In this document: positions 18,452-27,077 of the stretch, one piece after another
Position numbering within the stretch: position 1 is the stretch's first letter
Layout of the letters: every line of letters starts with the position of its first letter
Assembly: GCA_963703345.1 (NCBI GenBank)
Contig: OY969814.1
Span: 1,792,001-1,856,000 of the forward strand
Source of the DNA: an uncultured Chloroflexia bacterium
Lineage (GTDB): Bacteria; Chloroflexota; Dehalococcoidia; DSTF01; JALHUB01
Direction of reading: 5' to 3'
Length of the DNA: 64,000 bases
Notes under the pieces: generated by a model
Seen by the model: only the letters and a program-made list of their open reading frames with translations
What the model was told of the DNA's origin: nothing
Databases searched by the model: none
Program-made: the position numbers and the translations under genes

Positions 18452-18690
18452 CTTAGATGGTCAGCAAGCAAGCGCCGCCCGCGACCGGTCTTCAGTTGGC
18501 GCTCACGGCCCATCGCCTCGCCGCGGCTGGCGAAATGCTCGGAGTAGACTAGATGCCAGGGTCCCCGGCCACGCGTCCAGCCAGCCTCGTCGTTCTGATG
18601 CCGCGCCACACGGCGGTCGATCTCCGCTGTCGAGCCGACGTAGAGGCGTCCCTGCGCATTCCTAAGCACGTAGACGGAGAATCTTGTCAC
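18421..18690 (-). CDS. Stand-alone GIY-YIG nuclease (about 89 aa)
   Basis: 'VYVL...LYVGST...RRVARH...WT...PWHLVYSE....EAMGRERQLK'; GTG start 13 nt after the tRNA-Asn CCA. Confidence 0.88.
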   Translation of the reverse strand: MTRFSVYVLRNAQGRLYVGSTAEIDRRVARHQNDEAGWTRGRGPWHLVYSEHFASRGEAMGRERQLKTGRGRRLLADHLSGRAGPPEAD

Positions 18691-18703
18691 GAGAGGTTGA
18701 GAT

Positions 18704-18779
18704 TGGCTCCCCGAGCAGGACTCGAACCTGCAACCTAGCGGTTAACAGCCGCCCGCTCTACCGATTGAGCTATCGGGGA
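18704..18779 (-). tRNA. tRNA-Asn (GTT)
   Basis: TCCCCGATAGCTCAATCGGTAGAGCGGGCGGCT-GTT-AACCGCTAGGTTGCAGGTTCGAGTCCTGCTCGGGGAGCCA. Confidence 0.96.
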
Positions 18780-18780
18780 G

Positions 18781-19089
18781 CACCCGATATCCATCTATAT
18801 TCCGCTGGCCATCGAGCCACGTCTAGACCTAGCGGTTAATCCGCCTCCGGCGGACCCGCTCTACCGATTGAGCTATCGGGGAGCACCCGATATCCATCTA
18901 TATTCCGCTGGCCATCGAGCCACGTCTAGACCTAGCGGTTAATCCGCCTCCGGCGGACCCGCTCTACCGATTGAGCTATCGGGGAGCACCCGATATCCAT
19001 CTATATTCCGCTGGCCATCGAGCCACGTCTAGACCTAGCGGTTAATCCGCCTCCGGCGGACCCGCTCTACCGATTGAGCTATCGGGGAG
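18781..19089 (-). repeat. Three identical 103-bp tandem units, each a hairpin-interrupted tRNA-Asn 5' fragment plus a 47-nt spacer
   Basis: Units 18781-18883, 18884-18986, 18987-19089. Confidence 0.93.
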
Positions 19090-19107
19090 CACTTCGGCCC
19101 TCTGGCG

Positions 19108-19181
19108 TGGCTGCCGAGCCAGGACTCGAACCTGGACTAAGGGATCCAAAGTCCCTGGTGCTACCATTACACCACTCGGCA
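19108..19181 (-). tRNA. tRNA-Gln (TTG)
   Basis: TGCCGAGTGGTGTAATGGTAGCACCAGGGACT-TTG-GATCCCTTAGTCCAGGTTCGAGTCCTGGCTCGGCAGCCA. Confidence 0.95.
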
Positions 19182-19244
19182 GCGGATGAGTCTATCCGCA
19201 CATCAATGAAGGCGGGTTCTCCCGCCTTCCGCCTGATCGTGAAC

Positions 19245-19333
19245 TGGTGCCGAAGGCCGGGATCGAACCGGCACGAGGGTCGCCCCTCAACAGTTTTTGA
19301 GACTGTCGCGTCTACCTGTTCCGCCACTTCGGC
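19245..19333 (-). tRNA. tRNA-Leu (CAA)
   Basis: GCCGAAGTGGCGGAACAGGTAGACGCGACAGTCT-CAA-AAACTGT, long variable arm, GGTTCGATCCC, CCA end. Confidence 0.95.
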
Positions 19334-19335
19334 TT

Positions 19336-19410
<75 letters not shown>

Positions 19411-19518
19411 CCCCGACTCTGCCGCTGCGAACGCAAGCAGCGTCGCCCTTCACAGAGCGACCCTATTATAGTCAAAGGCAGGTCGCTCGACAAGCAAGCG
19501 GCAGCCGGACACGCGCTG

Positions 19519-20301
19519 CTACCGCCCTTTGTAGACCGGCGGACGCTTCTCGGCGAAGGCCTTCGGGCCCTCCCTGCCGTCCTCAGTGGTGTGGACGAAC
19601 AGGGAGAAGAGTGACTCCAGTCGCAGGCCCTCCATGAGCGGAAGGTCGAGGCCGCGAAGGGCGGCTTCTTTGACGAGGCGGACCGCGATGGGGGCGCTCT
19701 CGTTGATGCGCTGCGCCAGCGCCATCGCTTCCGCCATCAGCTCGCCTCGCGCGACGACGTAGTTTACCAGGCCGATACGGCACGCCTCCTGGGCGTCGAT
19801 TCGCTCGCCGGTGAACATGAGCTGGAGCGCGACGCCGGCCGGGACGACGCGCGGCAAGAGCTGCGTGCCGCCGTTCCCCGGTATGATGCCGCGGGTCACC
19901 TCCGTCAGGGCAAAGGAGGCGCTGTCGGCGGCGATGCGGATGTCGCAGGCAAGCGCCAACTCGAGTCCACCTGCAAGGCAGTAGCCATTCACGGCGGCGA
20001 TGATCGGCTTCCAGAGCTCGATGTTGCGGAGAAGGGAAGCCATCGTCAGGCCGGCAGGGTCGACGCCCGGCTCGCGTTGCAGGTCGCTCATCTCCTTGAG
20101 GTCGGCGCCTGCGGAGAAAGCCTTGTCGCCGGCGCCGGTGAGGACGAGCGTGCGGGCATCCTCGTCGTCGCGGAACCGCAGGAAGGAGTCGCGAAGAGCC
20201 TCGCGCACCTCCGTGTTGATGGCGTTCATCGCCTCCGGCCGGTTGAGCGTAAGGACGACCGTGCGGCCGCGCTTCTCGTAGAGAACGACGGGCATGGGCA
20301 A
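19519..20301 (-). CDS. Enoyl-CoA hydratase/isomerase family protein
   Basis: 'LNRPEAMNA', 'FSAGADLKE', 'AVNGYCLAGGLELALACDIRIA', 'AFAEKRPP'. Confidence 0.92.
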   Translation of the reverse strand: MPMPVVLYEKRGRTVVLTLNRPEAMNAINTEVREALRDSFLRFRDDEDARTLVLTGAGDKAFSAGADLKEMSDLQREPGVDPAGLTMASLLRNIELWKPIIAAVNGYCLAGGLELALACDIRIAADSASFALTEVTRGIIPGNGGTQLLPRVVPAGVALQLMFTGERIDAQEACRIGLVNYVVARGELMAEAMALAQRINESAPIAVRLVKEAALRGLDLPLMEGLRLESLFSLFVHTTEDGREGPKAFAEKRPPVYKGR

Positions 20302-20364
20302 CCTCCTGTCGCCTGTCTGATGTCGAATCGCCGACCCTTGTTGGCGCGCTGCCTTCGCGGGTGC

Positions 20365-20937
20365 CTACCAGTTCTCGGCGAGCAGCTCGAAGTGGGCGCG
20401 GACGTGCTTGCAGGCGGGGCAGACGTCCGGCGGCTCGGTGCTCGTGTGGACGTAGCCGCAGTTGCGGCACTTCCACTGCACGGGCTGGTCCTTCTTGAAG
20501 ACCTTTCCTTCTCGCACGTTCGCGACCAGCTCGTTGTAGCGCTTCTCGTGCTGGCGCTCGGCGACGGACACGGCGCGGAAGGTCTTGGCGATCTCGGGAA
20601 AGCCCTCGTCGAGTGCGGCCTTGGAGAAAGCGGGGTACATCTCGCTGTGCTCATAGCGCTCGCCGGCGGCCGCTTCTTCCAGATTAGCCGCGGTGTCGGC
20701 GATGACGCCGGCGGGGAAGGACCACTTGACTTCGACGGCGCCGCCCTCAAGGTACTTGAAGAACTGCTTGGCGTGCTCGCGTTCGTTATCCGCCGTCTCG
20801 AGGAAGATTTCGGATATCTGCTCGAAGCCTTCCTTGCGCGCCTGCGAGGCGAAGTAGGTGTAGCGGTTCCTGGCCTGCGATTCGCCCGCGAAGGCCGTCA
20901 GCAGGTTGCGTTCCGTGTTCGAACCCTTGAGATCCAT
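20365..20937 (-). CDS. rbr: Rubrerythrin
   Basis: 'AFAGESQARNRY', 'EREHA', C-terminal 'WKCRNCGY...CPACKH'. Confidence 0.94.
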   Translation of the reverse strand: MDLKGSNTERNLLTAFAGESQARNRYTYFASQARKEGFEQISEIFLETADNEREHAKQFFKYLEGGAVEVKWSFPAGVIADTAANLEEAAAGERYEHSEMYPAFSKAALDEGFPEIAKTFRAVSVAERQHEKRYNELVANVREGKVFKKDQPVQWKCRNCGYVHTSTEPPDVCPACKHVRAHFELLAENW

Positions 20938-21078
20938 CGCATGCTCCTTTGGAATGTCGGGCTTCCGTTGCCCGCGGCGGGCTATGGTCCCATTTTACGT
21001 GACGCGGACGCCTCAAGGCGAGCAATCGGACACGGCGGGCGAGGTTGGCGCTCAGCCGCGAAGATCAGGAGACCTGAT

Positions 21079-22185
21079 TTAGCGCGTGTATCGCTCTCTT
21101 GTGGCCGCCTGGCTCTTTGATCGAAGAGACGGCTGAGTAATGAGGCGCTCTCCGCTGATTGACTCGACGATCCGCTCGTAGACTTCAAGGTAGCCGTCGA
21201 CCATGACCGGGACGTCGAAGCGTTCTTCGACGTAGCTTCGGCAGCGCCTGGGGTCGATGTCGCCGATGTGCCGCACTGCCTCCGCCATTCCATCGACGTC
21301 GTCGACCAGGAAGCCGGTCTCGCCGTCCGCAACGATTTCGGGCGCGGCCCCGCGAGCAAAGGCGATGACGGGCGTGCCGCAGGCCATTGCCTCTGGCATT
21401 ACCAGGCCGAACGGCTCTTCCCAACTGATCGGCGCCAGAAGGCAGCGGGCCCTGGCATACAACACTCGCTTCTCCTCGGCGTTGGCTTCGCCGAAGAACC
21501 GCACGAGCCTGCCGTCGATCTGAGGTTCTATCATCGCCTCAAAGTACGCCCGATCAACCGCGTCGACTTTGCCCGCAATAACAAGCGGCATAGAGAGACG
21601 GCGCGCCACTTCGATGGCGAGATGTGTTCCCTTTTCCGGCGAGACGCGGGCCAGGCAGAGTAGGAAGTCCTCCTTGTCCGGGCGGAACGGGTACGTTTGG
21701 ACGTCGATGGCGTTGTGGACTACCCCGGCAAATTGCGCGCTTGGGAAACCGACGAAGCGCTTCGCCTGCGACCAACTGATCGTGTTGTAGAAGCCGTGGT
21801 AGCGCTCCCAAACGAAGCGGCTGTCCGGCGTCAGGTTGCCATGGGTCGTCGTTAGCATGGGTACATCTATGAGGCCGGTGAAGGCCATCAGGATCTCGCC
21901 CGTGTGGTTGTGGACGATGTCGAAGTCCTGGGCATCGCGCAACGCCTCAGCGGCGTGCACCAGCTCGTAAGGAAGAGGATTCTCGATTCCTGTCGCGGTC
22001 CTTAAGCTGCGCGGGTAGACCGAACGCAGCCGCGCCAGGGTGATGGAGTCGCCGGAGGCGCGGAGTACTACGTCATGTCCCCGCCGGACCAGGCCATCCG
22101 CCAGCAAACCCACGATAGCCTCGGTGCCGCCATAGGCTGGGGGCGGGACTCGTTCCGCGAGCGGTGCAACTTGCAGGATTCTCAT
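21079..22185 (-). CDS. Glycosyltransferase family 4
   Basis: 'VPPPAYGGTE', 'RVSPEKG', 'EPFGLVMPEAMACGTPVIA'. Confidence 0.92.
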   Translation of the reverse strand: MRILQVAPLAERVPPPAYGGTEAIVGLLADGLVRRGHDVVLRASGDSITLARLRSVYPRSLRTATGIENPLPYELVHAAEALRDAQDFDIVHNHTGEILMAFTGLIDVPMLTTTHGNLTPDSRFVWERYHGFYNTISWSQAKRFVGFPSAQFAGVVHNAIDVQTYPFRPDKEDFLLCLARVSPEKGTHLAIEVARRLSMPLVIAGKVDAVDRAYFEAMIEPQIDGRLVRFFGEANAEEKRVLYARARCLLAPISWEEPFGLVMPEAMACGTPVIAFARGAAPEIVADGETGFLVDDVDGMAEAVRHIGDIDPRRCRSYVEERFDVPVMVDGYLEVYERIVESISGERLITQPSLRSKSQAATRERYTR

Positions 22186-22331
22186 GTCTTTCTCTGTTTC
22201 TTCCCTCAATTCAAGTATACCCTTCCCCGGTCGCCCGAAGGCTACAGTCGTGTTAAGGAGGGGTTAAATTCAGGGGGCTGCTTGGGGCGAAAGAGTAACG
22301 ACAGGGTCCGGGCTGTGCTGGGGCTACAGGC

Positions 22332-22407
22332 TGGTGCCGAGGGGCGGAATTGAACCGCCGACACCATCATTTTCAGTGATGTGCTCTACCAACTGAGCTA
22401 CCTCGGC
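22332..22407 (-). tRNA. tRNA-Phe (GAA)
   Basis: GCCGAGGTAGCTCAGTTGGTAGAGCACATCACT-GAA-AATGATGGTGTCGGCGGTTCAATTCCGCCCCTCGGCACCA. Confidence 0.96.
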
Positions 22408-22533
22408 ACCGGTTCGACGACAAGGGGCGACGACCGCGGCCGCATGATACGCCAGCCCGATCGCCGGAGTCTATTCAAGCATGCGCGGGGACAGCTGTCA
22501 ACGCCGAAGCGCCGCCGACGCGCTTCCGGTGCC

Positions 22534-23991
22534 TCAGTACCCGACCGAGGCGGGCCCCGGAGGCGGATTCTGCTGTAGAACTAGCGGCGAGCGTGGTGAC
22601 TGCGAGAAGTCGAACTCCTTGAGCAGGTCACCCATGTCCGGTGTTTGATCCCGGGTGCCGGGACGCGGGTCCCACCTGCCGTCGCTCTCACGGTCCATCC
22701 GCCAACTCTTCATGAACAGGTCCTCTATCAGCTTGGCGTAGGCATCGAAGCTGAGCATCTGATTGTCGATAAAGCCTTGCTTGGCGTAGGGGCTTATCAT
22801 CAGCCCGGGGACGCGCAGACCATAGCCGTTGGCATCGACCGTCGGCGGAACGTAGTGGTCATAGAAGCCTCCCCAGTTGCTCCAGGAGATAAAGATTGCC
22901 GTGCTGTCCCAGTCCGGCCCCTGCATTAAGGCGTTGACGAGGCCGGTGACGTACGCCTGGCCGTCGCTAACGAGGGCAGGCGGCTGCTCACTGCTCTGAC
23001 GGTCTGGAGCGACCCAGGACACCGCCGGCAGCTTGCCGTCCCTGGCAGCCTGATAGAAGTTGTCAACCGTTTGTATGTTCCCCATCTGCCCATCTCTCTG
23101 GACAGTCGTAAACCAGGGGAGCGGGTTCCAGACGCCGGGCGTACCGGTGGTCGGTGGTTTGGGGATGCAGACGAGCGGATTGTTCACACAATCGGGCTCG
23201 GTACCATTGGCTACGTAGTAGGCCCAGCTCACGTTCCCGCGGTACAGCAGGTAGGTGAGGTCGGTCCAGGCATAGTTCGGGATCTTCACCGCGCCCTGGG
23301 AGTCGGCCCGCTTAGCGGTCTCGAAATCAGGCGGCAAATCGATCGACCGGAGAGCAGTGACGCAACTTGTGGGATCATTCCTGTGGCTGCATTGGGCGGC
23401 CCATTCCGAGACCAGGTAAAGATGTGCGGCCAGACTGGAGGAGGCAGCCGGTTCGAACATGTGGTCCTGAAGGACGAACTGCTGGGCGTACGTCCAATAG
23501 TTAGGGATCTCGCGGGCGTCGTGATAGCCCATCACGTCCGGTTGACCGTTGTTTGCGCTGCAGTTCGGGTCGTCGGGGAGAGAAGCGCAATCAGCGGTGC
23601 GGCTCGCCAGCTCCTGGCTGATGAAGCCGTCCATCTTGCCACCGTTGATGTCGGCGGCGGCGGCGGCTTCGCTCTGCGGACCGCCCATGTTCTTGTCCTG
23701 TGAGTCGTGATAAGGCTTCTGGCACTGGTTCGTGCGCGGGTCGGGAACGCAGACCGTGGGGACGCCGTTCTGCATCGGAATGCCGTCTGCGGCGGGGAAA
23801 GTGCCAAAATAGGAATCAAAGGAGCGATTCTCCTGCATTATCACGACGACGTGCTTAATCTTGGCACGTGCCGTGTCGAGCAGGGACGGGGCGGCAGTGG
23901 GAAGGACCGGGCCGTTGGAGGTGCAGGCGCCGCTGAGCAGAGCTAAGATAGCCAGAGTAAGAAGGTGTGTTTTCCGCATTTCCGCCCCCAT
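22534..23991 (-). CDS. Phosphoesterase / phospholipase C (AcpA/PlcH-like) family lipoprotein
   Basis: Lipobox 'SGAC', 'IKHVVVIMQENRSFDSYFG', 'GKMDGF', 'GLRVPGLMISPYAKQG'; start uncertain (23979-24027). Confidence 0.85.
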   Translation of the reverse strand: MGAEMRKTHLLTLAILALLSGACTSNGPVLPTAAPSLLDTARAKIKHVVVIMQENRSFDSYFGTFPAADGIPMQNGVPTVCVPDPRTNQCQKPYHDSQDKNMGGPQSEAAAAADINGGKMDGFISQELASRTADCASLPDDPNCSANNGQPDVMGYHDAREIPNYWTYAQQFVLQDHMFEPAASSSLAAHLYLVSEWAAQCSHRNDPTSCVTALRSIDLPPDFETAKRADSQGAVKIPNYAWTDLTYLLYRGNVSWAYYVANGTEPDCVNNPLVCIPKPPTTGTPGVWNPLPWFTTVQRDGQMGNIQTVDNFYQAARDGKLPAVSWVAPDRQSSEQPPALVSDGQAYVTGLVNALMQGPDWDSTAIFISWSNWGGFYDHYVPPTVDANGYGLRVPGLMISPYAKQGFIDNQMLSFDAYAKLIEDLFMKSWRMDRESDGRWDPRPGTRDQTPDMGDLLKEFDFSQSPRSPLVLQQNPPPGPASVGY

Positions 23992-24123
23992 GCTGATTCC
24001 GCCCGTCCCGGGTCGGTCTGCGTCCACACCTCAGGCTACTCAACATAGCGCCTGCGAGTGTGACGGTCAACATGGAGACCACGTCTCGCAGGCGCTGTTT
24101 TCGAACGGAAAAGCGGCTGCTTG

Positions 24124-24939
24124 CTACAACGGCTGTTCGGCCAGGCCGACTTTGCCCAGCATCGCGCCGCCGTCGATGAGAATCTCGGCGCCGGTGGCGT
24201 AGCTGGAAGCGTCGGAAGCCAAATAGATCGCGGCGCCGACGATCTCGTCAACGTTGCCGATGCGGCCCATTGGGGTCAGCTTGGCCATCGCATCCTTCGC
24301 GGCCTTCGCCTCTTCCGGCGGCAGGTTGAACCAGTGGGAGTCCATCATCTTCGTCGTGATGGCGCCGGGGGCGATGGCGTTGACCTGGATGTTGAAGGAG
24401 GCAAGCTCCATGGCGAAGCTCTTCGTGATCATGCGCACGCCGGCTTTGGAGATGCTGTAGACGCTGACGAAGGGCTCCGGCTTGAAGGCGTCGATGGAGG
24501 CGATGTTGACTATCTTGCCGCCGCCTTGCTCCTTCATGAGACGGGCCACGGCCTGGCTGGTGAAATAGACGCCCTTCAGGTTCAGGTTCATGATCGTGTC
24601 CCAAAGGCGCTCATCCGTGTCGAGGACGCTGGCCATGGCTGGGCTGGCGCCGGCGTTGTTGACGAGGATATCGATGCGACCAAAACGCTCTTTGACGGTC
24701 TCCACCATCCGATTGATCTCTTCCATCTTGCCGAGGTGCGACTGGACGACCAGCGCCTCGCCGCCGAAGGCAGCTATCTCGGCAGCGGTCGCGTTGAGGT
24801 CGTCGACCTTGCGGCTGGTGAGCGCCACTTTCGCGCCGGCCCTGGCGAAGCCGACGGCGATTCCTTTGCCGATGCCACGACTGGCGCCGGTAACAATGGC
24901 TGTCTTCCCCTCAAGTGAGAACCGCGAAAGCTCAAACAT
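24124..24939 (-). CDS. SDR family oxidoreductase
   Basis: 'TGASRGIG', 'NNAG', 'YSISK'. Confidence 0.93.
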   Translation of the reverse strand: MFELSRFSLEGKTAIVTGASRGIGKGIAVGFARAGAKVALTSRKVDDLNATAAEIAAFGGEALVVQSHLGKMEEINRMVETVKERFGRIDILVNNAGASPAMASVLDTDERLWDTIMNLNLKGVYFTSQAVARLMKEQGGGKIVNIASIDAFKPEPFVSVYSISKAGVRMITKSFAMELASFNIQVNAIAPGAITTKMMDSHWFNLPPEEAKAAKDAMAKLTPMGRIGNVDEIVGAAIYLASDASSYATGAEILIDGGAMLGKVGLAEQPL

Positions 24940-24977
24940 CGGTCCGTCCTTTCCCGTTTCTGGAATTCATGCCGCTC

Positions 24978-26714
24978 TCAGTCAATTGCGCTCAGTCTCA
25001 TCCGCTTGGCCTTTGCCGCGAACTCAGCGATGTTGCGGCTGATGACGAGCTTGTTGAACTTGCCGACGCTCGTCTTCGGGATGTCGCTGGTGATGAGAAC
25101 GAAGTCCGGGAGCATCCAGCGAGTGATCTTGCCCTTGTCCACGCCTTCCGCCAGGAGGTGGCGGATGACGTCCTCTTCCGTCTCCGTCGCGCCAGGAACG
25201 AAAGTTACCAGAGCCATCGGCCGCTGGCCCCACTTGTCGTCGGGCACGCCAACGATGGCGGCCTCGAGGATGAAGTCGGCCGAGGCGACGATGTTCTCCA
25301 GGAGCACCGTTGGCACCATCTCCGAGCCGCTGCGGATGATGTCGGAGATGCGGTCGGCGATCGTTATGTAGCCTTCCGGGTCCACTTTGGCGACGTCGCC
25401 GGTATGGAACCAGCCGTCGCGCCAGACTTCCGCGGTTCGCTCCGGGTCCTTGTAGTACTTGTCCATGACCCAGGGACCCCTGAGGACGATTTCGCCAATG
25501 GCGGCGTCGTCATGGGGCACGGGCCGCATGTTCTCGTCGACAACCTGCGCCTCGATTCCCGGGACGGCGATGCCGGTCTTGACGGCAAGCTTTTCGCGCT
25601 CTTCTTTCGGGAGGTCGGCGTCGTTCTTCTTGATGAAGGCCATTATGCTGACGGGCGCCGTCTCGGTCATGCCGTAGCCGGAGGCGGCGCGGAAGCCGGG
25701 CAGGAGCTTTTCTGCCTTGTTCTTGAGACCGAGCGAGAGAGCGGCCCCGCCGACAGCGCACGTCTTCAGGCTGGTCAGATCGTATTTCGTAAGGTCCGGG
25801 TACTCGATGAGCATTGCGAGCATCGTGGGCACAAGCGCGGTCATGCTGACCTTCTCGTTCTGGACGAGCTCGCAGAAGCCCTCCACGGTGAACGCGCCGG
25901 GCAGCACGATCCGTGTGCTGGCGAACACCGCCATGTAAGGGGCACCCCAGCCGTGGATGTGGAACATCGGGATGTTCATCAGCGTAACGCCCGCCTCGCC
26001 GAGCAACTCACGTTCCGGGTCGTTGTTGAGGACGCCGGTTGTCACGAGATGCAGGGTCATGAGGTAGAGCGCCCGGTGGGTGAACATCACGCCCTTGGGA
26101 AGACCGGTCGTGCCCGTTGTGTAGCAAAGCGTGGCGTACGTGTCTTCATGCAGCAGCGGCCAGGCGAAGTCGTCCGTCGCCTGCGCGATCAAATCTTCGT
26201 AGCTGTAGAGGTTCTCGATCTTCGACGGCGGTATGCCGGGCCCGTCGGAGATGCAGACGAACTTCTCGACGCAGCCCTTGATGCGGTCGTAGATCTGCTC
26301 GACCAGCGGCAGGAATATGTCGTCGAAGAACAGGACTCTGTCTTCGGCGTGAGTGATCGTGTAGACCATGTGGTCGAGCGAGAGTCGCATGTTGATCGGA
26401 TGGAGGACGGCGCCGTAGCAGGAGACGCCGTAGTACAGCTCGAGGTGGGCGTTGTGATTGAGGGCGATGGTCGCGACTCTGTCGCCGGGCTCGCCGGGCT
26501 TGCCGGGGCGGACGCCGAGAGTCTCAAGGGCGTTGGCCAGTCAACAGGTGCGCCGGTACCACTCCAGCCAGGTGAAGCGATAGGTCTGGCCGGTCCGGAA
26601 GCTGCGATAGACGACGCCGATATCGTCCGGGTAGAGGTTGATGGGCCTGTTCATGAGATTCGTGAGCAAGAGGGGATAGTTTACGCTGTATTCGGGATGG
26701 GGTGCGGTGTCCAT
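24978..26714 (-). pseudogene. Long-chain acyl-CoA synthetase interrupted by one in-frame TGA at 26541-26543
   Basis: ORF-track pieces 26541..27002 and 24978..26390 are in the same frame: ...WYRRTC*LANALETLGVRPG...; 'YTTGTTGLPKG', 'YGMTE', 'GWFHTGD', 'PKTSVGK'. Confidence 0.85.
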
Positions 26715-26876
26715 GGTTCTCTCCCTCGACAGGTCGGCGTGATTCCAGTGCCCGCCGGCGTTCCAAGTCCGGCAGGCGTGACATCGACAACGCCCTTCGT
26801 CGTGTCGATTGTCGCTTCCGGCGGGCTTGACGGCAAGTGGCGCGCTCGCCGGGGGAGCGGCGTGATGTCGGCGCGA

Positions 26877-26913
26877 TGCGTCCGCCTGGGGCGGGTCCGC
26901 CTCGGCGGACGCA
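26877..26913. repeat. Tandem pair of TCCGCC/GGCGG(A) mini-palindromes
   Basis: tgcg-tccgcctggggcggg-tccgcctcggcgga-cgca; same arms as the hairpins in the tRNA fragments. Confidence 0.6.
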
Positions 26914-27077
26914 ACCAGAACGCGATCAACGCACGCCGCCCCTGCCGATCGAACAAGCCATGGATCGGAGTCGCCGCAAACAGGTGACACGATGTCGCCC
27001 ACCGTATATTCTTAGGGAAGACTGGGAAGGAACCGGCCATACTTCCCGCTCTATTCTCCTGACGAAGAGGTGGACAA

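Noticed and set aside
18840-18854. tRNA intron
   Set aside because: The 15-nt hairpin replaces 6 nt instead of being a clean insertion, so splicing could not restore the anticodon; it is also far too short for a group I intron.
18781-19089. CRISPR array or three extra functional tRNA-Asn genes
   Set aside because: Spacers are identical, and the units lack the T-arm, the 3' acceptor strand and the GTT anticodon.
22332-22407. Island integrated at tRNA-Phe
   Set aside because: No integrase nearby and no duplicate of its 3' end noticed.
24915-26987. 690-aa plus-strand ORF and similar long antisense ORFs (e.g. 31475-33247, 52802-54565)
   Set aside because: Antisense shadows of clear genes on the opposite strand, as expected in high-GC DNA.
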